Assembly (NCBI GenBank): GCA_963702205.1
Contig: OY969724.1
Span: forward strand, 768,001 to 832,000
Reading direction: 5' to 3'
DNA length: 64,000 bases
From: an uncultured candidate division Zixibacteria bacterium
GTDB taxonomy: Bacteria; Zixibacteria; MSB-5A5; GN15; PGXB01
Shown here one piece after another: positions 20,368 to 29,728 of the stretch. The notes under the pieces are model-generated. The model did not search any database and was not told the origin of the DNA. It saw only the letters and a program-made list of their open reading frames with translations. Each line of letters starts with the position of its first letter. Position 1 is the first letter of the stretch. A program made the position numbers and the translations under genes.

Positions 20368-20928
20368 ATCCGGCGGGTCCGAGGACCGGCCGGGCACAAC
20401 GTACGTACTAATGCGGTGCCCCGCCGCTTGGGGCTTGTTGAAAAAGCTTGTTCGGTCAGGTCCTGCGTCCCGATTTATCGGGGCGAGTGACCTGACCGCA
20501 TTGTAAGTCATTGAAGCTAAAGAGGCCGTCAGGTGTCAATCCCGACTTCGTCGGGATCAGCACCTGACGGAACATATTGGCACCACTTTTTCAACAAGCC
20601 CCTTGCGGTGGGATTGCAGCCACAGGTCATAGGGACGATTGGTGTTGAATTTGATTTATATGGTAAAGAAGATGTCGAAACCTCCCTCGCTTTGCTCGGG
20701 ACCTTCGGCAGGGATTTCGACCTACAAGAACTGAGGACCCGCCGGGCACAACGTACATACGGTTACAACGATATACCGTCAATGGAGGGATTCAAGATGT
20801 CGGGTTTCTCGAAGAATCGGAACCCGACCTACAAGACTTGATTCCCGCGTAAGCGGGAATGACATTGTTGGTGCGATGTACTTACGACCATTAATTATGA
20901 TGTCACGCCGCGAGTCGGCGTGACCTAC
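20368..20928. repeat. Second REP mosaic cluster, inside the ars operon
   Basis: Contains GAGGACCCGCCGGGCACAACGTAC, GTCGGGTTTCTCGAAGAnTCGGAACCCGACCTAC, a GTCAGGT...ACCTGAC hairpin and ATTCCCGC..GCGGGAATGAC units that recur at 17.8-18.3, 22.2-22.5 and 44.7-44.9 kb. Confidence 0.8.
20430..20602. mobile_element. MITE-like element with 17-bp perfect terminal inverted repeats
   Basis: GGGGCTTGTTGAAAAAG ... CTTTTTCAACAAGCCCC, with TT on both flanks. Related ends at 17806-17821 and 17944-17959. Confidence 0.65.
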
Positions 20929-20975
20929 GAAGATTGAAATGATATAATAGTGGTTTATAAAAGGTGAGGTGTGAT

Positions 20976-21467
20976 GTGTTTAAAATTCTGCTGTACTCAT
21001 GGTTGCTGGCTGCCGCCGTGCTCGGCGTGGCTGTCGCTGACGAGCCAAAGGACGATTCGGCTGCGGTCGCTGCTATCAACGCCGATTCTTCAAAGGCTGA
21101 CGATACGGCTGTGTCTACCGACAAGGTTTATGCCTATTATTTTCACGGTGACGTGCGTTGCGCCACCTGTAAGAAGCTCGAAGCCTATTCGGGTGATGCT
21201 CTCACAACCGGCTTCGAAAAAGAATTGGGCGATAGTTCCCTTGTATGGGAGGCGGTGAATTACGATCGTGAGGCCAACAAGCACTATATCGATGATTTTC
21301 AGCTCTACACCAAGGCACTGGTACTGTTTCGTCAGAAAGACGGCAAAATAACCGACTGGAAAAATCTCGACAAGATATGGGAACTGGTCGGCGACAAAGA
21401 CGAATACATTAAGTACGTCCAGTCTGAAACCAGGAATTTCCTTGAGGGCAAGGCCACCGATGAATGA
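20976..21467 (+). CDS. ArsF-family periplasmic thioredoxin-like protein
   Basis: Signal peptide and YYFHGDVRCATC motif. Start may instead be at 20964. Confidence 0.75.
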   Translation: MFKILLYSWLLAAAVLGVAVADEPKDDSAAVAAINADSSKADDTAVSTDKVYAYYFHGDVRCATCKKLEAYSGDALTTGFEKELGDSSLVWEAVNYDREANKHYIDDFQLYTKALVLFRQKDGKITDWKNLDKIWELVGDKDEYIKYVQSETRNFLEGKATDE

Positions 21468-22155
21468 TTCGTTCCTGATGGCGATGGTGTCGGCCTGCTG
21501 GGTCGGAATATTGACATCCATCTCGCCGTGCCCGCTGGCGTCGAATATCGCCGCGATCAGCTTTATCGGCAAGCGGATTAACCGCCCGGGGGTTGTTCTA
21601 TTGTCCGGGCTGCTTTATACTGCCGGTCGGACGATAACCTATATTGCCCTGGGGGGGCTGATCGTTACCGGTTTGCTGGCGGTGCCGAAACTGTCGTTTT
21701 TTCTACAGAACAACATGAATAAAATTCTGGGTCCGGTTTTGATCGCAGTCGGGCTGGTGCTGGTGGGGCTGATTAACGTCCGTATGTCCGGCCCCGGATT
21801 CGGACAGAAATTGCAGGCTCGGGTGGAAAAATCCGGGATGTGGGGGCCTTTGTTTCTGGGGCTGTTGTTCGCCCTGTCGTTTTGCCCGGTGTCGGCGGCG
21901 CTGTTTTTCGGCAGTTTGATTCCGATCGCGGTGGAGCAGGAATCGAATGTCGTCATGCCGACGGTTTACGGTATCGGGACAGCCTTGCCGGTGGTTGTTT
22001 TTGCGGTGCTTATCGCGTTCGGGGCGAGGTTTATCGGAGAATGGTTTGATCGTCTGGCCCAGTTCGAGAAATGGGCGCGCCGGATTACGGGCGCGATTTT
22101 CGTATTGGTAGGGGTGTACTATTCGTTGATTTATATTTTTGGGGTGGATGTATAA
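21460..22155 (+). CDS. ArsG-family / DsbD-like membrane protein
   Basis: SISPCPLASNIAAISF and ALSFCPVSAALFFG motifs, about 6 TM segments. Confidence 0.8.
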   Translation: MNDSFLMAMVSACWVGILTSISPCPLASNIAAISFIGKRINRPGVVLLSGLLYTAGRTITYIALGGLIVTGLLAVPKLSFFLQNNMNKILGPVLIAVGLVLVGLINVRMSGPGFGQKLQARVEKSGMWGPLFLGLLFALSFCPVSAALFFGSLIPIAVEQESNVVMPTVYGIGTALPVVVFAVLIAFGARFIGEWFDRLAQFEKWARRITGAIFVLVGVYYSLIYIFGVDV

Positions 22156-22185
22156 TTCAGATAGTGAATAAGACCCCGGCGGGTC

Positions 22186-22465
22186 TGAGGACCCGCCGGG
22201 CACAACGTACATACAGTCTCACTTATTCATGGTTTAAGAAGTCGGGTTTCTCGAAGACTCGGAACCCGACCTACTTTCCTGAGGACCCGCCGGGCACAAC
22301 GTACATACAGTCTCACTTATTCATGGTTTAAGAAGTCGGGTTTCTCGAAGACTCGGAACCCGACCTACTTTCCTGAGGACCCGCCGGGCACAACGCGCGT
22401 AAGGTTTCAATGATTTATGGTTTAAGAAGTCGGGTTTCTCGAAGACTCGGCCCGACCTACTTTCC
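22186..22465. repeat. Tandem array of three 94-bp composite REP units (BIME-like)
   Basis: Units start at 22186, 22280 and 22374. The first two are identical and the third has a diverged linker. Confidence 0.9.
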
Positions 22466-22473
22466 AATAATAA

Positions 22474-22902
22474 TCAGCCTATTTCGAGCAGTTCAATGTC
22501 GAAGACGAGGGTTTTGCCGGCCAGCGGATGGTTGGCGTCGAGTTTGACCGTCTCATCGGTGATGTCCGCCACCATCACGTTCAGCGGCTGACCGTTGGGC
22601 TGTTCCATCTGAAGCTGCTGACCGAGGGCCGGTTCGATATTTTCCGGGAAAGCGCTCTTGTTGACCTCGAACATGAGTTCTTCGCGCTTGGGGCCGTAAG
22701 CGTCTTCGGGTTGAATCGTGATCGTTTTGTTCTGCCCGACTTCCATGCCCACAATGCCTTTTTCGAAACCGGGGATGACTTTTTGTTTGCCGACTTCGAA
22801 CGAAAAGGGCTGGCGGTCGCGGGATGAATCGAAAACGGTGTCGTCTTCGAGTTTGCCGGTATAATGAAGTTTTACTTTGTCGCCGTCTTTGACATGAGCC
22901 AT
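22474..22902 (-). CDS. slyD: FKBP-type peptidyl-prolyl isomerase (SlyD-like)
   Basis: VKLHYTGKL..TVFDSS, VIPGFEKG and LDANHPLAGKTLVFDIE motifs. Confidence 0.92.
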   Translation of the reverse strand: MAHVKDGDKVKLHYTGKLEDDTVFDSSRDRQPFSFEVGKQKVIPGFEKGIVGMEVGQNKTITIQPEDAYGPKREELMFEVNKSAFPENIEPALGQQLQMEQPNGQPLNVMVADITDETVKLDANHPLAGKTLVFDIELLEIG

Positions 22903-23041
22903 CGGAGACCTCCTCTGCCTTGTTAACTTTTGAACCCAAACCAATCAGAACACGGCGGTCCCAATATCCCGGCCGGTTGGCGGCCGGGGCTCAGGCCATA
23001 TTTTTTTTTAGATTAACAGGAAATAAATCAAATGCAAGGAT

Positions 23042-23470
23042 TTAATCGATTTCGACTATTTCGACGTCGAATTCGAGCGTTTTCCCGGCCAGCGGGTGGT
23101 TGGCGTCGATCGTGACGGTGTTGTCCGTCAGGCCGGTCACGACCACGGTTACCTCGTCGCCGCCCTCGCGCTCCATGCGCAACTGCTGGCCGATAAACGG
23201 CGTCATATTGTCGGGAAACTGACCGCGGTCGACGTCGGCAATCAGGTTGTTATCGTGTTCGCCGAACGCTTCCTCGGGCGTGACGGTGAAAGATTTTTTC
23301 TCCCCAACTTCCATGCCGATCAGGTTTTTGCGGATACCCTCGATGACCTGGCCTTCGCCGAGGTCGAACTGTTCCGGGTCGCGGTTTTCGGTGGACTGGT
23401 AGAGTTGGCCGTCTTCGAATTTGGCGTTATAGTGCAGTTTGACTTTATCGCCGGATTTTATTTTTGTCAT
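23042..23470 (-). CDS. FKBP-type peptidyl-prolyl isomerase (SlyD-like paralog)
   Basis: VKLHY and IDANHPLAGKTLEFDVE motifs. Tandem paralog of the neighbouring gene. Confidence 0.9.
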   Translation of the reverse strand: MTKIKSGDKVKLHYNAKFEDGQLYQSTENRDPEQFDLGEGQVIEGIRKNLIGMEVGEKKSFTVTPEEAFGEHDNNLIADVDRGQFPDNMTPFIGQQLRMEREGGDEVTVVVTGLTDNTVTIDANHPLAGKTLEFDVEIVEID

Positions 23471-23551
23471 GCCGCCTCCAAATCATAAAATTTCTTATTT
23501 GACTTTTGAACGGATAAGCCGGTCTATTGTTCCTCGGAAAGCGGAACCGAT

Positions 23552-24346
23552 TTAATAGTCTTTCTTCAAGAATATAAAAACCGCCAGAAGAATCATCACC
23601 GCCGCGAACAGAACCGACGACCAGACGGCATAAAAATTGGTCAGGCCCTCGTTCAGAATAAGTGAAGTGGTATTGTCCGCAATCTGATCCATCTTGGGCA
23701 GGATATGATAGATAGTGTCAAAGGCCACCTGCCAGGCTTTCCCGAGAAAACCGTAGGCGAATTCACGTTTGGCCAGCAGGCCGGTGGCGATACTCAGAGC
23801 GAAATAGCCGATGATCGCGACCGCGGTCGAACTGCTGACCAGCCCCAGAATGAAGACGATGCTGTATATTACGAGAAACTCGATGCATCCCACGAGCAGG
23901 CCCGGGAAAAAGGTCCAGATGGGGCCGTCGAGACGGAAAGACAGGACCAGCCACAGCGGCAAACACATGAGCACCATGACCGCGATCATGATGAGATAGA
24001 CCGAACAGAATTTCATCAGGAGCAGTTTTATCCGGCTGATCGGCTTGGACAGATTGAGTTCGACTCTCCCCTTATTCAGATACGACGGCAGCAGGCCCGC
24101 CGCCCCGAACACCATCAGGAACATGGCAAAGCCCATATATTTGGAAAAGAGCTGGGCGATCAGTGTACTTACGAATGACTGGGCGGTCGGATTGTTGTCG
24201 ATGACGCTGTGACCGTCGATGCTTACGCTCGGAACCAGTATGAATATCAGGGTAATCAAAACCGTGACGGCACCATAGAGATAGAGCATCTTGCGGTGGA
24301 TAATTTCCAGCATCGAATCGTAGAGGACAGCCGCGAACTTACGCAT
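23552..24346 (-). CDS. ABC-2 type transporter permease
   Basis: About 6 TM segments, LSKPISR..LLL.K motif, C-terminal F.KKDY. Confidence 0.85.
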   Translation of the reverse strand: MRKFAAVLYDSMLEIIHRKMLYLYGAVTVLITLIFILVPSVSIDGHSVIDNNPTAQSFVSTLIAQLFSKYMGFAMFLMVFGAAGLLPSYLNKGRVELNLSKPISRIKLLLMKFCSVYLIMIAVMVLMCLPLWLVLSFRLDGPIWTFFPGLLVGCIEFLVIYSIVFILGLVSSSTAVAIIGYFALSIATGLLAKREFAYGFLGKAWQVAFDTIYHILPKMDQIADNTTSLILNEGLTNFYAVWSSVLFAAVMILLAVFIFLKKDY

Positions 24347-25313
24347 CGCTTCGGCCCTCTTGTACGGTGTTCTGTGCCGCACCTTTGACCAGTTGCATGA
24401 AGCTGTCTTCGAGGCCCATGCGAATCGGGGCGACGGCCAAAAGCTCGACGTTGCATCCTCGCAGCAGGTCGATCAGGCCGTTGACGTCTTTTTCGTCGTT
24501 GAAGGCGATCGAGATGGTATGGCCGTCGATCTGGGCCCAGTTGTATTTTTCGGAAATTCGGGCGCGGGCATCGTCGGTGAGCTGCACGGTGTCGATTTTG
24601 AAGCTCGGCTTCATTTCGGTCAGGCCGACCACCGGCCCGACTTTGAGGAGCTTGCCCTTATCGAGAATGGCGACGCGGTCGCAGGTGGTTTCCACTTCGG
24701 CCAGCAGGTGTGAGTTCAGAAATATCGTCCGGCCCTGCCTTTTGATGTCTTTTAGTATATCGCGAATTTCTCTTCGGCCGATGGGATCGACACCGTCGGT
24801 TGGTTCATCGAGGAAGATCAAGTCCGGGTCGTTGAGCATCGCCTGCGCGAGTCCGATGCGCTGCATCATGCCTTTGGAATATTTCCTTATTTTGGTGTCG
24901 CTCCAGCGCGTCATGCCGACCAGTTCCAATAGCGGCCCGGCCTTGGCTTTGATCTGCGCGGCGGAGAGCCCGGCCATACCGCCGAAACATTTCATTGTCT
25001 GCATACCGGTCATATACAACGGGAAGCGGTGGTTTTCGGGCAGATAGCCGACCTTTTCGTGGGAGCGCCAGGAAATTATATCTTCACCGAATATAGTCGC
25101 ACCGCCGCCGGTGGCCCGAAGCGAGCCGAGCAGGACTTTGATCATGGTCGTCTTGCCCGCGCCGTTGGGTCCGAGCAGTCCGAAGATTTCGCCGCGACGA
25201 ACGTCGAAGGTCACTTTGTCCAAAGCCGTGACGACCGTCCCGCCGAAGACGGCTTTGAAAACTTTGGTCAGATCATTTATCGAAATGGCGGTGTTGTTTT
25301 CGGTCATAATCAA
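24339..25313 (-). CDS. ABC transporter ATP-binding protein
   Basis: GPNGAGKT, YSKGM, LDEPT and SH motifs. Confidence 0.95.
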   Translation of the reverse strand: MIMTENNTAISINDLTKVFKAVFGGTVVTALDKVTFDVRRGEIFGLLGPNGAGKTTMIKVLLGSLRATGGGATIFGEDIISWRSHEKVGYLPENHRFPLYMTGMQTMKCFGGMAGLSAAQIKAKAGPLLELVGMTRWSDTKIRKYSKGMMQRIGLAQAMLNDPDLIFLDEPTDGVDPIGRREIRDILKDIKRQGRTIFLNSHLLAEVETTCDRVAILDKGKLLKVGPVVGLTEMKPSFKIDTVQLTDDARARISEKYNWAQIDGHTISIAFNDEKDVNGLIDLLRGCNVELLAVAPIRMGLEDSFMQLVKGAAQNTVQEGRSDA

Positions 25314-25337
25314 TTAGACGGCTTCGCTTTTAAAAGG

Positions 25338-26168
25338 TTACTCGATTTCGACATAATCGATTCGGTTTAACAAGGTATCGAGCGCTTCTATTTTCAACGT
25401 GTCGCCGCTCCGGTCGAGGCGGCAGAAACTGAACGTCTTATCAAAAACCTGGCCGTAAATATTGTCCCGCGCCTTGTTATAAAGTGGCGCGCCGCCTGCT
25501 CCGGCGACGATGTAATATATGCCGTTGGCTTTCGATCTTTCATAGTCGTGATCGTGGCCGTTGAAGACGGCATCGACGCCGTACTTCCTGAACAGCACTC
25601 CCCAACTCTGACGCAAGTGTTTCTCGTCTTCTTCGTGAGGACCGCTGCTGTACGGCGGGTGATGGAAAATCGCCACCGTGAATTTGGTTTCCGGTCCGGT
25701 GTTTTTCAATTCGTTTTGCAGCCATTTGTACTGCTCGGATTTCCTGTCGGTTTTCGTGCAGCTGTTCAGGACGATAAATTTGATGCTGTCGATATTGACA
25801 CTGTACCATTGTTCGTTTCCGGGCAGGTCGAAATGTTCGTAGTACAGCGGAGAATCGTGCTCGTGATTGCCGAGGGTCGGATAAAAGGCGGCGGTTTTCA
25901 GCAGGTGTCCCGTGATCGCGAAAAAAGTGTCCCAGTCGGCTTCGACGCGGCCGTCGGCGACCAGATCGCCGGTGTGGAAGACGGCTTGCGGATGAACCTG
26001 TTCTATCGCCCGGACCACCGCCCGGTGGTCATTGTGATTGGTGCGAGTGTCACCGTAGATGACGATCGGGGCTGTTTTATCGGCCGTCGTGGTTGGCGGC
26101 GTCCCGGCCAACAGGGTCAAAGCGGCGGCGAAAATAAGAACGAATATTAATATTTTTGAATTTTTCAT
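25338..26168 (-). CDS. Secreted metallophosphoesterase (purple acid phosphatase-like)
   Basis: Signal peptide and YGD, TGDL, GNHE, HHP, GHDH motifs. Confidence 0.9.
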   Translation of the reverse strand: MKNSKILIFVLIFAAALTLLAGTPPTTTADKTAPIVIYGDTRTNHNDHRAVVRAIEQVHPQAVFHTGDLVADGRVEADWDTFFAITGHLLKTAAFYPTLGNHEHDSPLYYEHFDLPGNEQWYSVNIDSIKFIVLNSCTKTDRKSEQYKWLQNELKNTGPETKFTVAIFHHPPYSSGPHEEDEKHLRQSWGVLFRKYGVDAVFNGHDHDYERSKANGIYYIVAGAGGAPLYNKARDNIYGQVFDKTFSFCRLDRSGDTLKIEALDTLLNRIDYVEIE

Positions 26169-26256
26169 TTTATATACCTCGAAATAATCTTTGTGAGATC
26201 AGAGTAATCGATAAGACTCGGAAAAACAATAATAAATCTTAAGATGATTTGAGCGT

Positions 26257-26433
26257 CTAAAACGGTCTAACCCGGGCGGTTCGGTCCGGCGGGATCAGGA
26301 ATTTCTCGCTTTTGAGAATATCGCTAACCGCCCGGATAAAGTGGTTTGGCGATAAATGCTGCAGGTGATAGGCGTGCCAGTATTTCCTGATTTTAAGGTT
26401 TTCGAAATCGGGGTCTTTTTTGTCGATGCGCAT
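26257..26433 (-). CDS. Small hypothetical protein (58 aa, MRIDKKDPDFENLKIRKYW...), not in the ORF track
   Basis: GGAGG RBS 4 nt before ATG. Fills the gap between co-oriented genes. Confidence 0.5.
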   Translation of the reverse strand: MRIDKKDPDFENLKIRKYWHAYHLQHLSPNHFIRAVSDILKSEKFLIPPDRTARVRPF

Positions 26434-26533
26434 GGTGCCTCCATTTTAAAAATTTGCGGCGAGACACCACCAAGATCGAGAGTTTTACTTGTGGAATATT
26501 AGCGCGGTTTGAAAATATGATTAAATCGGGCGG

Positions 26534-27355
26534 TTAACGCCTCTGACACCGGGGGCAGTAGTGGGCCGAGCGGGAGCCGATTTTCTCGCGGCGAATCTTG
26601 GTGCCGCAGTTGGGGCACGGTTCACCCTCGCGGCCGTAAACAAGCAAGTATTTCTGAAAGCGGCCGGTCTCACCGTTGACCCCGGCGAAGCTGTCGACCG
26701 ACGTGCCCATCTTGCTGATGGCTTTGGTCAGAAGTCTTTGTATGTGGCCGTGGAGCTCGACCAGTTTTTTCGACGAAATCGAATCGGTTAATCTTCTCGG
26801 GTGGATTTTCGCGGCAAACAGGGATTCATCGGCGTAAATGTTACCCAGCCCGGCCAAAAACGTCTGGTCGAGCAGGGCCGGTTTGATCATGCGCCGGGTT
26901 TTTTTAAACAGCGCAATAAAATCATCGGTCGAAATTTCCAGCGGTTCCGGGCCGAGTTCGACCAGTCCCTTTTGATTTAAGACTTCACCGGTTCGATAGA
27001 GCCGGATGCGCCCGAAACGACGGTAGTCGTTGAAGCGCAGATTGTGGCCGTTGCCCTTGAGATTGAAAATCATCAGGTCGTGCTTGCCGATCAGATCAGT
27101 CTTGGGGAAATAGTAAAAATGGCCGGTCATTTTGAGATGCACCCAGAGAGTGTAGTCGTTGTCGAGGTCGATCAGGATATTTTTGCCGCGCCGACGAATG
27201 CCGGTGATGCGGCAGCCGGGCAGTTTTCTGGCCCAGCCCGGTTTATTGTCCAGATTGTACTTATCGTAATTGACTTTGACAGATTCGATCGTCTTGCCGC
27301 CGACCGTTTTTATCAGGCCGCGGATGACGGTTTCGACTTCCGGAAGTTCCGGCAT
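26534..27355 (-). CDS. mutM: Formamidopyrimidine-DNA glycosylase
   Basis: MPELPEVE, HLKMTG, GLGNIYADE and a C-terminal zinc finger. Confidence 0.97.
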   Translation of the reverse strand: MPELPEVETVIRGLIKTVGGKTIESVKVNYDKYNLDNKPGWARKLPGCRITGIRRRGKNILIDLDNDYTLWVHLKMTGHFYYFPKTDLIGKHDLMIFNLKGNGHNLRFNDYRRFGRIRLYRTGEVLNQKGLVELGPEPLEISTDDFIALFKKTRRMIKPALLDQTFLAGLGNIYADESLFAAKIHPRRLTDSISSKKLVELHGHIQRLLTKAISKMGTSVDSFAGVNGETGRFQKYLLVYGREGEPCPNCGTKIRREKIGSRSAHYCPRCQRR

Positions 27356-27390
27356 GGTTTATTGGTCCCGAAGTTTACAGATTGTTACGG

Positions 27391-27600
27391 CTATTGACCG
27401 GCGAGTTTTTGAAATTCGGAGACGATTTCATCGACGTCGTAGCCGTGCATCTCGGCGGCCATTTCGATCGTCTCCAGGCGCATGCTGGGACAGGCATAAC
27501 AGCCGCCGTGGAAGAATTTCTTGATGACCGCTGACGCCTCGGGAATCTTCTCGATGATTTCACCGATGGTCGTGTCTTTGTTGATGGTAATCGTGTTCAT
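27391..27600 (-). CDS. DUF1858 family protein
   Basis: I.KDTTIGEII..P, CYACP, ETIE.AA..HG motifs. Confidence 0.8.
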   Translation of the reverse strand: MNTITINKDTTIGEIIEKIPEASAVIKKFFHGGCYACPSMRLETIEMAAEMHGYDVDEIVSEFQKLAGQ

Positions 27601-27612
27601 ATGCTTTCCCGA

Positions 27613-28260
27613 TCAGGGGTAGTTTACGCCTCCGACGGTCGCTTCGAGAAGGTCGCCGCTCACCAAGGCGGTTTGGTAGCGCACGATGCCGACGTCGCGG
27701 GCGAACCATCGGGTTATCTCGGGGGCAAAAATACGCCGGACTTTTTCGTCAAGGTAATTGTACGATATCTTCATCTTGATGCAGTTCGGGAATTTCCCGG
27801 CCGGAGTGGTGATATCTTCGATGCCCTCGATTTCGTAGGACAGTTGTATTCGGAAGTGCGAGTCGACCGAATCGCTTCGTATTTCGACCGCCGGAACCAG
27901 GAGCGTATCCCCGACGATATTCGACCAGGGGGCAAATACCAGGCGCGGGAAGAAATTCACCTGAAGGTTTCTATCGGCCAGGACCATGTTGTTCCAGTAG
28001 ACGCCGTTGTCGTCGCGGCTGAAATCTTCCCAGGTCATGATTTTGCCGGTGGAATCGTAATAGGCTCGGGTGAAAAGACTGTCGATCTGGCGGATCACTT
28101 TTATTTCTCCACTCACGCCGGAATAGACATAGCGGTCGCCCTCGTGGAGCGGAAAATATTCCGAGGGATTTATTTTGGAGGCGCGGACGCGCTTTTCCAC
28201 ACAGCCGCCGGTCAGTGCCACAAGTGCCAGCATCAGGCCGATAAATATTTTTTGTATCAC
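27613..28260 (-). CDS. Hypothetical lipoprotein
   Basis: Lipobox LTGG-C, YFPL..G, TPAGKF.NC and WFARDVGIV motifs. Confidence 0.75.
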   Translation of the reverse strand: MIQKIFIGLMLALVALTGGCVEKRVRASKINPSEYFPLHEGDRYVYSGVSGEIKVIRQIDSLFTRAYYDSTGKIMTWEDFSRDDNGVYWNNMVLADRNLQVNFFPRLVFAPWSNIVGDTLLVPAVEIRSDSVDSHFRIQLSYEIEGIEDITTPAGKFPNCIKMKISYNYLDEKVRRIFAPEITRWFARDVGIVRYQTALVSGDLLEATVGGVNYP

Positions 28261-28634
28261 TATGCTTTGCTCTGCTTTTTGCGATAATCGTCGATGGCCG
28301 CGCGGAGGGCGTCGGTCGCCAGGTTCGAGCAGTGCATCTTGATCGGCGGCAGTCCACCGAGAGCATCGGCCACGTCACCCCGCGTCAGCTTTTCGGCCTC
28401 TTCGATGGTTTTGCCTTTGACCATCTCGGTCGTGATGGAACTGGTGGCGATGGCCGCCCCGCAGCCGAACGTCTTGAACTTGATATCGACTATGATATTA
28501 TTCTCGATTTTTATATACATGGTCATGATATCGCCGCACGACGGATTACCGACGGTGCCGATGCCACTGGCTAAATCGATTTCACCGACGTTTCTCGGAT
28601 TCTGGAAGTGTTCTATGACTTTATCCGAATACAT
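28260..28634 (-). CDS. iscU: Fe-S cluster scaffold IscU/NifU
   Basis: YS.KV.EHF.NPRNVG, SCGD, FGCGAAIA and LPP.KMHCS motifs. Confidence 0.95.
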   Translation of the reverse strand: MYSDKVIEHFQNPRNVGEIDLASGIGTVGNPSCGDIMTMYIKIENNIIVDIKFKTFGCGAAIATSSITTEMVKGKTIEEAEKLTRGDVADALGGLPPIKMHCSNLATDALRAAIDDYRKKQSKA

Positions 28635-28728
28635 TTAGACCTCTCAAACAAGTATCAAAATTGTCCATTTAATATATACAACCGGGCGAAATAGGCAAGT
28701 GAATATTTTCACATAGGGCCGATTTTAA

Positions 28729-29721
28729 TCAGCGGTGAAGAGTCGCTTCACCGGCATAAAATTGCTGAAGACCGTCTTTGGTCTCCAGAACCAGTCTGCC
28801 TTCTTCGTCTATATCTTTTACGACGCCGGTGACTCGTTTGCGCCCTGATTTTAGCTGAATTTCGCGATTTATCAGATAAGAATACTGCAGGATTTTTTTG
28901 TGGAAAGCCTTGAGCCCCTTTTTCTTGAAGACCAGATAGTCTTTTTCGAAGCGGGTCAGAAACCGCCGCATGAAATCGGTCCGGGAGATTTTTTCTTTGA
29001 GGCCGATCCGGACCGAGGTCGCCGTCGCGCGCAAGTCCTCCGGGAAGTCGGCCGGTCTCTGGTTGACGTTTATCCCCACCCCGACGATGACATAGTCGGT
29101 GCGGTCGGGCTCGCCGGAGAGTTCGGTCAATATTCCGGCGGTCTTTTTGCCGGAAATCAGGACGTCGTTGGGCCACTTGATTTTGACGTCGATGTCCTCG
29201 TATTCCAGGATGGTTTCGGCCAGAACGACGGCGGTAATCAGCGAAATGCCCGGTGCGCGGCTGGGGTGAATCGACGGTCTTAGGATCAGCGAAAGATAAA
29301 TCCCCATTTTTTCGGGTGACTGCCAGACGCGGCCGCGTCGTCCGCGACCACCGAACTGGTATTCGGCGGCGATGAGGGTGCCCTCGGCGATGCCGTTGAC
29401 GGCCAACTGCGAGGCGACGGTATTGGTCGACTGCACCATCTTGAAGGCGAAGACGTTTTTGGCCATGATTTTGGTTTTCAGGCCGAACAGGATTTCCGCC
29501 GGGAGCAACAGGTCGGGCGGGGATATCAGCGCCCAGCGTCCGGACTTGTCGGTCCTGAAAGTGTAGCCTATTTTTTTAAGCTGATCGAGGGACTTGAGGA
29601 TGCCGTCCTCGGAGGCTTTGAAACATTTCGCCAGATATTTGACGTCGTAGTACTGCCCCGGACGGCGACGAATTTTGTCGAGCACTTTGTCCGAAAGTTT
29701 GTCGAGGTCGAGGGTATCCAT
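28729..29721 (-). CDS. birA: Bifunctional biotin--protein ligase/repressor
   Basis: N-terminal HTH, STN, GRGRRGR.W, KWPND and K.AGIL.E motifs. Confidence 0.95.
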   Translation of the reverse strand: MDTLDLDKLSDKVLDKIRRRPGQYYDVKYLAKCFKASEDGILKSLDQLKKIGYTFRTDKSGRWALISPPDLLLPAEILFGLKTKIMAKNVFAFKMVQSTNTVASQLAVNGIAEGTLIAAEYQFGGRGRRGRVWQSPEKMGIYLSLILRPSIHPSRAPGISLITAVVLAETILEYEDIDVKIKWPNDVLISGKKTAGILTELSGEPDRTDYVIVGVGINVNQRPADFPEDLRATATSVRIGLKEKISRTDFMRRFLTRFEKDYLVFKKKGLKAFHKKILQYSYLINREIQLKSGRKRVTGVVKDIDEEGRLVLETKDGLQQFYAGEATLHR

Positions 29722-29728
29722 AAGAGTA

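Noticed and set aside
22186..22465. Possible CRISPR array
   Set aside because: Unit length is 94 bp, the first two linkers are identical, the repeats are dispersed REP types, and there are no cas genes.
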